A stretch of DNA of 64,000 nucleotides. Source: Acidobacteriota bacterium (GTDB lineage Bacteria; Acidobacteriota; UBA6911; RPQK01; JAJDTT01). The first letter of the stretch is position 1. Every line of letters starts with the position of its first letter. A program made the position numbers and the translations under genes. Under the pieces are notes generated by a model. That model was not told where the DNA came from and did no database searches. It saw only the letters and a list, made by a program, of their open reading frames with translations. This document shows, in pieces, positions 1 to 10,360 of this stretch. The stretch lies in the NCBI GenBank assembly GCA_965209055.1, contig OZ242374.1, positions 384,001 through 448,000 of the forward strand, read 5' to 3'.

Positions 1-747
1 GGCTCGGGCATAGGCAGCCACTGCAGCCTTCGGATTGCGAGAGCTTCCCTGCGCAAAGCCCAGTCGGAAGGCAGCGTAAGCATGCTCAGGGTCCATTTCC
101 AGTGTCTTGCTGAAGTGCTCAACCGCCTGTCGAAGTTCCTTGGGTGAACCGGCCGATTGCTGCCAAAGCTCCAAATGGGCGCGACCCAAGGCATAGTGGG
201 CGTCGGCCTGCAATCCCTGCCGTTGATTGACCCATTCGGAGGATGCCATTTTGCCGGGTTTTTCCAAATTCTCCAACAACAGCAGGGCCCGATTGGCGTA
301 CTCGCTGGCCTTGGCCGTTTGGCGTCTTTCGGAATAGAGGTAAGCCAATGGGGCCAGCAACTGAGGCACTTCGGGCAACTCAAGCAGGGCTTGTTCAGCA
401 TGCAGGATAAAGTTGTCGACATCATTCACCTGATAAGCCGCGTCCGCCAAGACATGGTGGGCAAAGGCCGTCAGGCCGCTGTTGGGAAAGCTCTCCAGAA
501 ACCTCATGGCCAATTCGGCCTTTTCCGAAAGTCTGCCGGCTCGTTCCACCGCTTGCCAAGCATCGAACTCCGCTTTCTCTCTGGGCTCACCGACGACGCG
601 GGCAGGCTGTTCGGGTTCTTGCTGGTCTTGAGATGGCTGCTGAGATGTTTGTTGGCGTTCCGGTGCCCTCTCCTGTGCTGTCAAATGGTTGGAGAACGGA
701 CTCAGCACCAGCACCGACAAAACCACGCGAGAATACTTCAGCGCCAT
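1..747 (-). CDS. Secreted TPR-like protein, 3' end runs off the window
   Basis: Absent from the ORF track because there is no stop in the window. Hand translation from ATG 747 gives MALKYSRVVLSVLVLSPFS..., then helical TPR-like segments AHYALGRAHL and AVEHFSKTLEMDPEHAYAAFRLG. The frame is open to position 1 and starts 4 bp after the upstream TPR gene stop. Confidence 0.8.
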   Translation of the reverse strand, partial: MALKYSRVVLSVLVLSPFSNHLTAQERAPERQQTSQQPSQDQQEPEQPARVVGEPREKAEFDAWQAVERAGRLSEKAELAMRFLESFPNSGLTAFAHHVLADAAYQVNDVDNFILHAEQALLELPEVPQLLAPLAYLYSERRQTAKASEYANRALLLLENLEKPGKMASSEWVNQRQGLQADAHYALGRAHLELWQQSAGSPKELRQAVEHFSKTLEMDPEHAYAAFRLGFAQGSSRNPKAAVAAYARA

Positions 748-751
748 CTTC

Positions 752-2134
752 TCACCTGGCGGGCGTGTAGAGCTGGGCCGCCCCTCTCTTGAGCTTGCGA
801 TAAAGGAATCGGTCGGTTCCCAGCTTGCGCTCCTCCCGATTGAGGCGTCGTACCTGTTGGAGTGCCGCGAGAGCTTTTTCCTTTTCCCCGGCTTTTCGAT
901 AGGCGATCGACAACTGGTAATAGGCCGTAGTTGCCTGGGGGTCGAGCCGGATCGATGTCTCCAGTTCCCGAATGGCCGAGTCCAGGTCGTTTCTTTTCAA
1001 ATAGAGCTTGCCCAGGCTGATGCGGGCAAGAACGAAGTCGGGCTTCAAGGCGGTCGCTTGCTGCAGATGTCTCAGACTTTCGGCTTCTGCCGGTGTGCCT
1101 GGACGAGACCCTTGAGTCATCCCGATGTCTCCCAGCAGGTAGTGGGCATAGAAATTTGCCGGGTCTTCCCGCAGTGCGTGCTCCAGAAGAACGGTCGCCT
1201 CGTCATGTTGCTGGGCTTCCACCAGCACGAAAGCCAGTCCCAGTCTGGCCACCGCCGAATTCGGCTGTAGCCGGATTGCCTTTTCGTAGTCGGATGCCGC
1301 TTCGCGGTAGCGGCCCTGGGAGAGCTTCAAGTAGCCACGTTGGATGTGCAAGGCGTGGGAATTCGGTAGATGGACCAGTCCCCGATCCAGGAAATCCAGG
1401 GCTACCGAGGGTGACATGGCCGCCTCCGTCGCCATCCGGGCGATCGCCACGTAATTGCGTTCGTCGCCGGGATAGTCCCGAGTCGCCTGCTGCAGGATCC
1501 GCCAGGCTTTTTGGAATTCTTCGAGTTCCAGATAGGCGAGCGCCAGCAGGTTGAATACATCACCGGTCTTGTATCGTTGCGGCATGTTCTCCAGGGTGTT
1601 GGCACAGTCGGTGTGTTTACCCAGAAGATATTGTATGAACGCCAAGTTATAGGCCGCCGCGGATCTGTCGGGATAGCCCGCCAGGGCAAGCTCGAAGTGG
1701 TGTTCGCCCGCGGCATACTCACCGAAACGCGACAGCAGGAGACCGGTCTCGAACTGGGCAACTGCGTTGTCCACCGCTACGCTCTCGAGGACACGTTTGG
1801 CTGCCCCGGCCTGCTTGGTTTCGAGCAACGCCTCGGCATAGTTGACCAGCCACAAAGGGTTTGCCCGCAGCACCGAGGGAGCTTTGGAGTAGCGCCGGGC
1901 TGCTTCCCGGAAATCTCTCTGGGTGAAGGCGATTTGTCCCAGAAGAGCCTGGGCCTCTTCGTTCCCGGCCTTCCGGCCCAACGTTTCCAGCAGCAGCGTG
2001 CGTGCTTCCTGCACCCGGCCCCGGTCAAGCAGTTCAAGTGCACGCTGTCTCCAGACCGGCTGGGCCAGGGCGAGAGAGAGCAGAATCAACCAACAGGAGG
2101 CGCCGGTTAATAGCGAGAAGGGAACTCGCCTCAT
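752..2134 (-). CDS. Secreted tetratricopeptide repeat protein
   Basis: Start moved to ATG 2134 (MRRVPFSLLTGASCWLILLSLALAQ, signal peptide). Many TPR units, e.g. YEKAIRLQPNSAVARLGLA and LETSIRLDPQATTAYYQLS. Confidence 0.85.
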   Translation of the reverse strand: MRRVPFSLLTGASCWLILLSLALAQPVWRQRALELLDRGRVQEARTLLLETLGRKAGNEEAQALLGQIAFTQRDFREAARRYSKAPSVLRANPLWLVNYAEALLETKQAGAAKRVLESVAVDNAVAQFETGLLLSRFGEYAAGEHHFELALAGYPDRSAAAYNLAFIQYLLGKHTDCANTLENMPQRYKTGDVFNLLALAYLELEEFQKAWRILQQATRDYPGDERNYVAIARMATEAAMSPSVALDFLDRGLVHLPNSHALHIQRGYLKLSQGRYREAASDYEKAIRLQPNSAVARLGLAFVLVEAQQHDEATVLLEHALREDPANFYAHYLLGDIGMTQGSRPGTPAEAESLRHLQQATALKPDFVLARISLGKLYLKRNDLDSAIRELETSIRLDPQATTAYYQLSIAYRKAGEKEKALAALQQVRRLNREERKLGTDRFLYRKLKRGAAQLYTPAR

Positions 2135-2393
2135 TGACCCAGTATAGGGAACTCTTGACGATGTTGAATCGCCCGTGGTAGAAATGACCCCATTGCGCGG
2201 GCCCGTATCCCAGGGGGCTCGATTTCCATTTCTCCTGGCCGAAATCAACCAGGAACGAGTTTGGTAAGGACAGTTCCAAGCAGGCGATGGTCGGCCGCCG
2301 GAGACTCCAGGCGGGGATTTGGCTCCTACTACCACCGAGTGCGTTCCCAGGCGCTCCACTTCCATCCGTTTTCTTCTGAAACAAGGAGAAGTC

Positions 2394-5300
2394 ATGAAGT
2401 CCAAGACGGTTATTGTTTTTCTGCTCTCTCTCCCGCTGATTTTTTCGGTTGCCTCGGCACAGCGTTTCGCTGAAGTCTCAGGGACGGTCACGGATGCCAC
2501 GGGCGCCGTTCTGCCCGGCGTCACCGTCGACGTCACCAGCACCGAGTCCGGCGTTGGCAAGACGGCCATCACCACCGACACGGGGCTGTACCGCGTCTTC
2601 GAGCTGATTCCGGGGGGCTATCGAATCAGTGCCCAGTTGGACGGCTTCAAGACCACGGTCGTGGAAGCGACCCTGGAAACCATGAAGATCACCACCGTGG
2701 ACATGGCCCTGGAAATTGGTGAAATCGCCGACCAGGTCACGGTGGAGGCGGCGGGTATGACCCTGGAAAGGGAATCAGTAAAGGTCAGCACTTTTTTCGA
2801 AGAGAAAATGATCGAGGATCTGCCCCAAGTATTAAAACGGCCTCTCGACATGATCAAGTATGCAGCGGCTGTTTCCTATCGTGGAACCTGGAGTCTGATC
2901 CCCGGCCAGTCGACTTACTACAGCATGAACGGAGTTCCCTACCAGGCTGGGGAAGTCTATGTCGACGGAGCCTACGGCATGAGCGGCCGCGCCTACGACA
3001 GCAACCCGGACACCAGTCCCCGAACGGCCACGGTCAAGGAAATGCGGATCGTGCAAACCAGCTTCAAGGCCGAGTACAACGGAGGGGGTGGCGGCCTGGT
3101 AATCATGTCCACCAAGTCGGGAACCAACAGTTTCCACGGTTCCGTGTGGGAGTTTCACCGTCAGAAAGCGTTGGACGCTCGTAATTTCTTCGCTGCCAAA
3201 CGAGATCCTTTCCGGGAACATCTTTACGGGTTCGAAGTGGACGGACCGATCATCAAAGACAAACTTCACTTCATGGTCAGTGGTTCGGGAAAGCGCTCCT
3301 TTACTCCAACCGGCTCACGGTTTCGCACCTTCCCCACGGAGGCCCAGAGGCGGGGGGATTTTTCGGGCAAGTTCAACGCTGACGGAAGTCTGCGAACCAT
3401 TTACGATCCGCTCACCACAGTTGAAAACCCGGACGGAACCATCAGCCGAACTGCTTTTCCGAACAACATCATCCCGGCCGACCGCATCAGCCGCCAGGCA
3501 CAGGCGATTCTTTCCTATCTTCCGTTGCCGAACCGGGCCCCTGACGACCCTTCCGGAAGCAACAACTTCGTGGGGCTGACAGCCAACCCGTTGTCCTTGT
3601 GGGGATGGACCGCGCGTGTCGACTGGCAAGCAGACGACAACGACAAGATCTTTGTTCGCGTTATTTCCGATCCATCCGTCAGTGAATCGATTGGACCCTG
3701 GACGCCACCGTCCGGCTTCGACACGAGCCGGCTTCCCGACGACGCCATCTCCAAGCGCGCCGAACGGAATCCGGCCGACCCGGATGACTGGGTCATGAGA
3801 TTCGACCAGCTCAACCAGGCGGCCGGTTGGACGCATACCTTCAGTCCCTCGGTGATCTCTGACTTTCGCCAGTCCTACAACGAGTTGTCGCAATGGGCAA
3901 GGCCTATTTCCCAGGGTCTGGGTTTCCCGCAAGAGATCGGAATCACGGTTCCTTCTGAAGTCCCGGCCACGACGACCTACGGCGGCAACAACCACTTTCC
4001 CCATATTGGCATAGCCGGCTACACGGGGCCCGGCGCCGGCTGGGGCGGTGGATCGGCGATCAATCCACGACGCGGGCTGCACTTTGGCGAGACCCTTACC
4101 TGGCTGGAAGGCGCTCATTCTTTCAAGGTGGGCATCGAGACGAGACGCTCCGGTCACGCCTATTTCCAAGCCAGCAATTCCTCCGGACGGTACAACTTCT
4201 CTGCCAATGCCACGGCCGCCAATCCTTTCGACGCCGCCAGCGGGGATTCCGTAGCCTCTCTGCTGCTGGATTGGGTGGACGCGGCCAGCATTTCCAATGT
4301 TGCCCAACGAAATTTCAGCACTTGGTACTGGGGGATGTTCATCCAGGACGACTGGCGGGTCACTCCCAACGTGATCGTGAACCTGGGGCTGCGCTACGAT
4401 TTCGACACGCCGTTAAAGGAGCGAGACAACCTCATAAGCTCTTTCGACCTCAATGCCATCAACCCCGTTTGCAACTGCCCGGGCGCCTTCTTTTACCCCG
4501 ACAAGTACTATGAGACGCAAAAATCCAACTTTGCCCCACGGCTGGGAGTCGCCTGGAACCCAGGGGGCGGCAAGACAGTGGTGCGGGCCGGGGCCGGCAT
4601 TTACTACATGCAACCCATGATCGGCATGAACCCCTGGCAAACTCCCAGGACGGGGCGCGGCGATGTGACCGTCAGCAAGGACTTGGGAAGCCCCGACTTT
4701 GGAGTCACTCCGGCGATTTCCGGTCTTTCGGCCGGTGTGGGAGCGATACCGGTGTTCGAGCTGCAACCCGGATTTGGAGCGGTCGAGATTGGGCAGCCGG
4801 CCATTCTGGGCGCCGAATACCTGTGCTGTCCCGAATTGCGTCAGAACCCTTACAGCATCTCTATGAGTGCCACCCTCCAGCACGAACTCAACGACATCGT
4901 GCTCGAAGCCGGCTACATCGGCAACCTGACCCGGCACCTGGGTGAGTGGAGCTACAATTTGAACCAGCTTCGGCCGTCATTGATGGGGCCGAATGCCACA
5001 CAGGCCGACCGTCCCTATCCGCAATACAGCGCCGTAAGACAGATCTCGGTACCCGACAAGACCATGACTTATCATGCCATGGTGCTCAAGGCGGAAAAGA
5101 GATTCGGAGGCGGCTTGGCGTTTCTCACCAACTTCACCTGGTCGAAACACCTGGGCAATCGTGAAGGCCGGCACAACGTCTACGATCGAGCTTCCGCCCG
5201 GGGGCCTGCCTGGCTTTCGAGACGGCTGCGTTTCGTGGTGGCGGGGACTTACGAGTTGCCCTTCGGAGTCAATCGTACGTTTCTCAATGATGGACTCGTA

Positions 5301-5756
5301 TCCAAAATACTCGGGGGTTGGAACACCTCATTCGCCTTTATCGGCCAATCGGGGGTTCCACTGAACTTCTACGCATCCCCCAACCTGACGGGCTCATTCG
5401 GGGGAAATTCACGCGCCAACCGGCTACGTAACGGCAAGGGTCCACAGACGATCGATGCCTGGTGGGACATCAATGCATTCGTTCACCCCGGGCCCTTCGT
5501 GTTTGGCAATGCCGGCGTCGGAATCGTGGAAGGTCCCGGATCGCAGACCGTTGATTTCTCCCTGATGAAAGACTTCGTCATCCTGGAGGGTAAGCGGCTT
5601 CGTTTCACGGCCGATTTCTTCAATTTTCTGAACCGGGCCAACTTCAACGATCCGAGCACCAGCATCTGTCCGGCCGATGCTCCCTGCACGACCAATCGCA
5701 TCACAAGCGCTCAATTTGCACGCCAGACCCAGTTGGGACTGCAATTCTTTTTCTGA
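2394..5756 (+). CDS. TonB-dependent receptor with N-terminal carboxypeptidase-regulatory-like domain (acidobacterial type)
   Basis: AAGGAG RBS before ATG 2394, signal peptide, GTVTDATGAVLPGVTV, TKSGTNSFHGS, QDDWRV..NLGLRYD, NFAPRLGVAW, and a C-terminal aromatic outer-membrane signature QLGLQFFF. Confidence 0.92.
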   Translation: MKSKTVIVFLLSLPLIFSVASAQRFAEVSGTVTDATGAVLPGVTVDVTSTESGVGKTAITTDTGLYRVFELIPGGYRISAQLDGFKTTVVEATLETMKITTVDMALEIGEIADQVTVEAAGMTLERESVKVSTFFEEKMIEDLPQVLKRPLDMIKYAAAVSYRGTWSLIPGQSTYYSMNGVPYQAGEVYVDGAYGMSGRAYDSNPDTSPRTATVKEMRIVQTSFKAEYNGGGGGLVIMSTKSGTNSFHGSVWEFHRQKALDARNFFAAKRDPFREHLYGFEVDGPIIKDKLHFMVSGSGKRSFTPTGSRFRTFPTEAQRRGDFSGKFNADGSLRTIYDPLTTVENPDGTISRTAFPNNIIPADRISRQAQAILSYLPLPNRAPDDPSGSNNFVGLTANPLSLWGWTARVDWQADDNDKIFVRVISDPSVSESIGPWTPPSGFDTSRLPDDAISKRAERNPADPDDWVMRFDQLNQAAGWTHTFSPSVISDFRQSYNELSQWARPISQGLGFPQEIGITVPSEVPATTTYGGNNHFPHIGIAGYTGPGAGWGGGSAINPRRGLHFGETLTWLEGAHSFKVGIETRRSGHAYFQASNSSGRYNFSANATAANPFDAASGDSVASLLLDWVDAASISNVAQRNFSTWYWGMFIQDDWRVTPNVIVNLGLRYDFDTPLKERDNLISSFDLNAINPVCNCPGAFFYPDKYYETQKSNFAPRLGVAWNPGGGKTVVRAGAGIYYMQPMIGMNPWQTPRTGRGDVTVSKDLGSPDFGVTPAISGLSAGVGAIPVFELQPGFGAVEIGQPAILGAEYLCCPELRQNPYSISMSATLQHELNDIVLEAGYIGNLTRHLGEWSYNLNQLRPSLMGPNATQADRPYPQYSAVRQISVPDKTMTYHAMVLKAEKRFGGGLAFLTNFTWSKHLGNREGRHNVYDRASARGPAWLSRRLRFVVAGTYELPFGVNRTFLNDGLVSKILGGWNTSFAFIGQSGVPLNFYASPNLTGSFGGNSRANRLRNGKGPQTIDAWWDINAFVHPGPFVFGNAGVGIVEGPGSQTVDFSLMKDFVILEGKRLRFTADFFNFLNRANFNDPSTSICPADAPCTTNRITSAQFARQTQLGLQFFF

Positions 5757-5769
5757 CGAACAACCATCT

Positions 5770-5812
5770 GCTCAGTCCCGCCGCTTGTTGAAACGAGCCG
5801 GCGGGACTGAGC
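5770..5812 (+). terminator. Strong GC hairpin after the receptor gene (terminator or mRNA stabiliser)
   Basis: GCTCAGTCCCGCCG...CGGCGGGACTGAGC form perfect 14-bp arms 13 nt after the stop. There is no U-tract. Confidence 0.55.
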
Positions 5813-5851
5813 TGGTCCCTCTCGAATTGACCGACCCAGGCCCGACTTGAA

Positions 5852-7216
5852 TTGTTGTACCCGTTCGCGGCCGGATCCTCCGGCAGGCGCACTTTGGTGA
5901 CTTCAAACCAGCGCCGTGGGAAACCAGGTCATCTTTCCCGTTTTGATAGAGTTGGGGACAAGGTGGGTTGTCCGCATGCAGGCTCATTGATCCGGATTCC
6001 GGTTCTTTTCCTCTTCGTTCAACCGGTTGCCGCCCCACTGCCGCTTCCGCCGGAACAACCGGCATCTTCCGTGCCGGCGCCTTCCGGCAACAATCGCTCT
6101 CCTTACGTGGGCGCCTCGACCTGTGGGAAATGCCATCAATCTATCCATGAAAGCTTTCGCCAAACCACCCACTACCTCACCTCCCAGCTTCCTCGGGCGA
6201 ATTCCATACTCGGCAGTTTTGAGCCCGCTCAGGCTTTGCTTCGCACCGGCAATCCCGATCTCTGGTACGAGATGCGCGCTTCGGAAGACGGTTTCTTTCA
6301 GACCGCGTGGTCCCGGGAACAAGGTCGAATTGTCCCGCGGACCGAGCGCATGGACATCGTCGTCGGATCGGGGAAAATGGGCCAGACTTATCTCTACTGG
6401 CGAGGCAGCAAACTCTTTCAGTTGCCGGTTTCCTATTTCACCGAGGCGCAACGTTGGATCAACAGCCCCGGCTATCCGGACGGGCAGGCGTACTTCGACC
6501 GCCCGGTTAATCCGCGTTGCCTGGAATGCCATGCCACCTTCTTTGAGGTCGTCAGCGAAGAAGACCCGATGCGGCCCTATCTGAGCAATGTCTACAGCCG
6601 GAACAATCACTTGCTGGGAGTCACCTGTGAAAGATGTCATGGCCCGGGAGGTTCTCATTCGAAAAACCCGTTGGAAAGGTCCAGCTCCGGCGCAACCGCC
6701 GATATCGTCCATCCCGGAAAACTCGAGCGGGAACTCCAGATGACACTCTGCGCCCAGTGTCACTCGGGTCACCTGGTCCCGCGCGACGGTCCCTTTTCCT
6801 TCAGGCCTGGCCAGGGGCCTGAGGCGTTCATTGCCGTGGAGAGCCTTCGGGCCAGGAACAGCGGAGGCGTGCACACCACCAATCAACCCGATCGTCTTCG
6901 CCGCTCCCGGTGTTTTCAGGAGAGTGGGTCGCTGACCTGCAATAGTTGCCATGATCCGCACCACCTGGAGCGGGCAAACCTGCAACTGTTTTCCCGGCGT
7001 TGCATGACCTGCCACGAGCCGCAGGTCTGTGGGATGGCGGCAACCTTGGGGGATGCCATCGAAGGCAACTGTATCGACTGTCATATGCCGGTACAGCGGG
7101 ACCTGGGAACGCCAATGGCGACGGCCAGCGGGTTTGAGGCTCCGCGGATGCGGGATCACAAGATCGCCGTCTATTCGGCTGTCGCTAAACGTCTTTTGAA
7201 GCAGTTCCAGCAATAA
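5852..7216 (+). CDS. Multiheme c-type cytochrome (7 CxxCH), c554/c552-like
   Basis: CGKCH, CLECH, CERCH, CAQCH, CNSCH, CMTCH, CIDCH, plus YVGAxxCxxCH and GSG..GQTYL motifs. The true start is probably downstream, near the hydrophobic LIRIPVLFLFV segment. Confidence 0.88.
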   Translation: MLYPFAAGSSGRRTLVTSNQRRGKPGHLSRFDRVGDKVGCPHAGSLIRIPVLFLFVQPVAAPLPLPPEQPASSVPAPSGNNRSPYVGASTCGKCHQSIHESFRQTTHYLTSQLPRANSILGSFEPAQALLRTGNPDLWYEMRASEDGFFQTAWSREQGRIVPRTERMDIVVGSGKMGQTYLYWRGSKLFQLPVSYFTEAQRWINSPGYPDGQAYFDRPVNPRCLECHATFFEVVSEEDPMRPYLSNVYSRNNHLLGVTCERCHGPGGSHSKNPLERSSSGATADIVHPGKLERELQMTLCAQCHSGHLVPRDGPFSFRPGQGPEAFIAVESLRARNSGGVHTTNQPDRLRRSRCFQESGSLTCNSCHDPHHLERANLQLFSRRCMTCHEPQVCGMAATLGDAIEGNCIDCHMPVQRDLGTPMATASGFEAPRMRDHKIAVYSAVAKRLLKQFQQ

Positions 7217-7226
7217 GACAGTTCAA

Positions 7227-7315
7227 GGAGGAGACGATTTCCAATCGCCCATGTGGCAAGAATCGGCGGTTAGGAAACCGCCGCCCCGAATCGGCGGTTA
7301 GGAAACCGCCGCCCC
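7227..7315. repeat. REP-like cluster: one degenerate inverted copy plus two tandem 28-bp copies
   Basis: GAATCGGCGGTTAGGAAACCGCCGCCCC at 7260-7287 and 7288-7315. GGAGGAGACGATTTCCAATCGCC at 7227-7249 resembles the reverse complement. It lies between convergent genes. Confidence 0.8.
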
Positions 7316-7364
7316 CGCCCCCCGTCCGCCGGACCGGGCCGGTGGGGGAGCTACTGAAATAGTT

Positions 7365-8801
7365 CTAACCAGGGGGACCACCAAGTCCCAGGCGGGTTTT
7401 CTGAACTGCTCGCTTCGACAATTTCCTGGCGCCCAGTTCGCGCCTTTGTTGATTGAGGCGACGGACCTGGGCCAATGTCTGGCGTTCTTTTTCCTTGTTC
7501 CCCAACTTTCGATAAGCAATCGAGAGTTGATAGAAGGCCGGAGTCGCTTCCGGGTCCAGTTGAACCGCTTTTTCCAACTCTCGAACGGCCGAGGCGGGGT
7601 CGCTTCTTTTCAAATACAGCTTGCCCAGGCTGGTGTGCGCAAGGGCCACGGGAGATGATCCTTCCCAAAAAAAGAAATCCGGTTGCAACGCAGTGGCCTG
7701 TTTCAGGTGCTCCACGGCTTTCGACTCAACCTGACTTCCGGGCGCAACCCCGCTCAAGACAGCCAGCTCTCCCAGAAGATAATGTCCATAAAAGCTGAGA
7801 GGGGTTCGTCGCAGCACCTCTTGCAAGACAGTGGAAGCCTCGTCAAGTTGCCGGGTTTCCATCAGCACCAGAGCCAGACCCACTCGCGGCATGTCAAGGT
7901 CCGGCCGTAGCTCGGCAGCCTTTCGGTACTCCGCTTCGGCCATCCCGTACTGAGCCAGGAAATATCGCAAATGAGCATGTTTAAAACGCAAACTGTAAGA
8001 ATGCGGGAGTTGTTCCAGACCCCGCTCCACCAACTCAACAGCGGGAAGCAGCTTGTTTTCCTCGGCCAGGCGCTCGGCAGCGGCCAGGTAGTTGATTTCA
8101 TCTCCAGGGTCGCGGCCGATCGCTTGCCGCAGCATGTCGACTGGCGCCTCTTGTTTCGCCAGCAACAATAGATCGAGCATTCGTTCCTGTTTCTGAGCCG
8201 AGGGAGGATCTGAGACATTTGAAATGGTCCAGCCGCGTCGCGATTCCTCGAGCGTCGCCGCGCACTCTTCGAACTTTCTGAGACGGTATTGCGACAAGGC
8301 CAGGTTGTAGGCCACGGACAGCGGGTCCGGATGCCCTGCCCGGGCCAGCTTGAAATGCCTTTCGGCAGCCGGGAATTCACCGAAGCGAGCCAGAATCAAA
8401 CCCGCCTCGAACTGCGCCATGAAGTGGTCTTCGGGCAATCGTTCCACGGCTTCAAGGGCAGCCTGGTTGTCCTTGGTTTGCAGGAGCGACTCAGTGTAGT
8501 TGAGAAGCAGAATCGGGTTCTTGGAGAGCTTTGAAGCACTTTCCCGGAAGCGTTTTGCAGCCTCCCCGTACTCTTTCAAACTGAAGGCGATTTGCCCAAG
8601 AACCGCCTGCAAATCTTCGTTGTCCGGATCCTTTCGAGCCAGCTCCAACAGTATTTTACGGGCCTCCGGCAACCGTCCTGTTTGGAGAAGCTCCGAAACG
8701 GTTTTCTGCCCTGACGATTGTGACCATCCGAAGCAGAAGAAAATAAAAAGAACAGGAATTCGTGTCAGGTGTGACAAGCGTGGCCGGGTAGGCAACACCA
8801 T
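7365..8801 (-). CDS. Secreted TPR protein, paralog of 752-2134
   Basis: Shares blocks AQFE.GL.L.RFGE..A.E.HF.LA.AG.PD, SLGKLYLKR and YQLSIAYRK.G.KEK with the first TPR gene. Confidence 0.85.
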   Translation of the reverse strand: MVLPTRPRLSHLTRIPVLFIFFCFGWSQSSGQKTVSELLQTGRLPEARKILLELARKDPDNEDLQAVLGQIAFSLKEYGEAAKRFRESASKLSKNPILLLNYTESLLQTKDNQAALEAVERLPEDHFMAQFEAGLILARFGEFPAAERHFKLARAGHPDPLSVAYNLALSQYRLRKFEECAATLEESRRGWTISNVSDPPSAQKQERMLDLLLLAKQEAPVDMLRQAIGRDPGDEINYLAAAERLAEENKLLPAVELVERGLEQLPHSYSLRFKHAHLRYFLAQYGMAEAEYRKAAELRPDLDMPRVGLALVLMETRQLDEASTVLQEVLRRTPLSFYGHYLLGELAVLSGVAPGSQVESKAVEHLKQATALQPDFFFWEGSSPVALAHTSLGKLYLKRSDPASAVRELEKAVQLDPEATPAFYQLSIAYRKLGNKEKERQTLAQVRRLNQQRRELGARKLSKRAVQKTRLGLGGPPG

Positions 8802-8950
8802 CCACCAATGCTAGCAGAGGTGTGAAGAGGGCGGATAGACGAACCAAAGAATCCCGCCAGTCTTATTCCTGTTGCTCGGGGGCCACACCTTCCCTGGCCG
8901 GTTCCTGGCCTCTCTTGATCGAGTGTTCAACGCGGAATACAATTCGGACA

Positions 8951-10360
8951 ATGGGCCGTTGGGCCGCGCCTGCCGTGTTTTTTCTCCTGGTTTCCTCAGA
9001 CCTTCAGGCCCAGGATCTGCCAGCCATTCCTCAACTCCTGCCCCGGCAATGGGAGATTCTCGACCCGAAATTGCAGCAGGCCTACGCCAAGGTGTTGGAG
9101 TTTCCAGACGATGCGGAAGCCAACGGCCGCTTGGCAATGACCTTCCATGCCTTCGACCAATTTGAGCTGGCAGCCGTTTTTTATCAAAGAAGCGATTTGC
9201 TGCAATCGGGAACTTTTCGTTGGCCGTACTACCTGGGCGTCGTGCGTGGAGCCCAGGGGAAGACCAGCGAGGCTATCAGCATGCTGCGCAGGGCGAGGGC
9301 GGTTGACCCGGACTATCTCCCCGCCCGCGTCCGATTGGCCGAACTTCTGCTTGCGACCCACAATCAGGAGGAAGCAAAAAACATCTACGAGCAAGTGCTG
9401 AAGCAAGATCCCGACTGTTCGCAAGCGCACTACGGATTGGGCCGGATTCAGTCCTCCACGGGCCAATGGCAAGCCGCAATTCAAAGCTATCGCCGAGCCT
9501 TGTCATTGTCCCAGGGTTTCGGGGCGGCCCACTACGCTTTGGCAACAGCCTATCGACAACTGGGAATGCCGGATGGATTTCAAGAGAACATACGGCTCTT
9601 TCAACAGAATCGGGGGAGAAGTCCGCAGTTGGATGATCCTCTGCTCAAGACGGTGGCCGCCCTGCGGTCCCACGCAGAATATTACTTCAAGGAGGGTCTT
9701 CGGCTTCAAGAGGAAGGCCGGGTCGAACCGGCCATCGTTGAATATCAACGGGCCCTGAAGGAAGATCCGGAGTACGCCCGGGCTCACGCCAATCTGTGCC
9801 TGGCCCAACTGCTTTTGAAACGGTTGGACCAAGCCGAGCGCCACTGTCAATTGGCTCTTGAGCTTGATCCGGATATTCACGAGATTCGCCACAACCTGGG
9901 ACTGCTCCGCCGGCTTCAGGGTAGAAACCGGGAGGCTGAGCAGGCCTTTCGAGAAGCATTGGAAATTGATCCTTTTTACGCCGAGTCCCACTATCTTCTG
10001 GCGGCGGTTTTGGCCCAGGAGGGGCGTCTAAAGGGTGCGGAGCACCATTTTCGGCAGGCGATCGAGAACCAGCCGGACTACCGCACGGCCCATTTTCAGT
10101 TGGGTCTCCTGCTTCAGAAGCAGGGGAGGGATGCGGAAGCCGTCCCCCATTTCCTGAAGACCCTGACCGAAGAGGATGAGAGAACTCCCGTTTACCTGTA
10201 CCTGTTGGCCCACAGCTATGGCCGCCTGGGCGACCTGGATAAAGCCGTTGAATCTGCCGAGCAGGCCCGGGAAAAGGCGCTAGCCGTGGGGAAGGGCGAA
10301 TTGGCGGCTGACCTGGCGAGGTTCCTGCAGCAGTTGCGGCAAGCGGGCAAACGGCCATGA
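8951..10360 (+). CDS. Secreted TPR protein
   Basis: Likely start ATG 8951 (MGRWAAPAVFFLLVSSDLQAQ). About 10 TPR units. The stop overlaps the next start (ATGA). Confidence 0.85.
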   Translation: MGRWAAPAVFFLLVSSDLQAQDLPAIPQLLPRQWEILDPKLQQAYAKVLEFPDDAEANGRLAMTFHAFDQFELAAVFYQRSDLLQSGTFRWPYYLGVVRGAQGKTSEAISMLRRARAVDPDYLPARVRLAELLLATHNQEEAKNIYEQVLKQDPDCSQAHYGLGRIQSSTGQWQAAIQSYRRALSLSQGFGAAHYALATAYRQLGMPDGFQENIRLFQQNRGRSPQLDDPLLKTVAALRSHAEYYFKEGLRLQEEGRVEPAIVEYQRALKEDPEYARAHANLCLAQLLLKRLDQAERHCQLALELDPDIHEIRHNLGLLRRLQGRNREAEQAFREALEIDPFYAESHYLLAAVLAQEGRLKGAEHHFRQAIENQPDYRTAHFQLGLLLQKQGRDAEAVPHFLKTLTEEDERTPVYLYLLAHSYGRLGDLDKAVESAEQAREKALAVGKGELAADLARFLQQLRQAGKRP

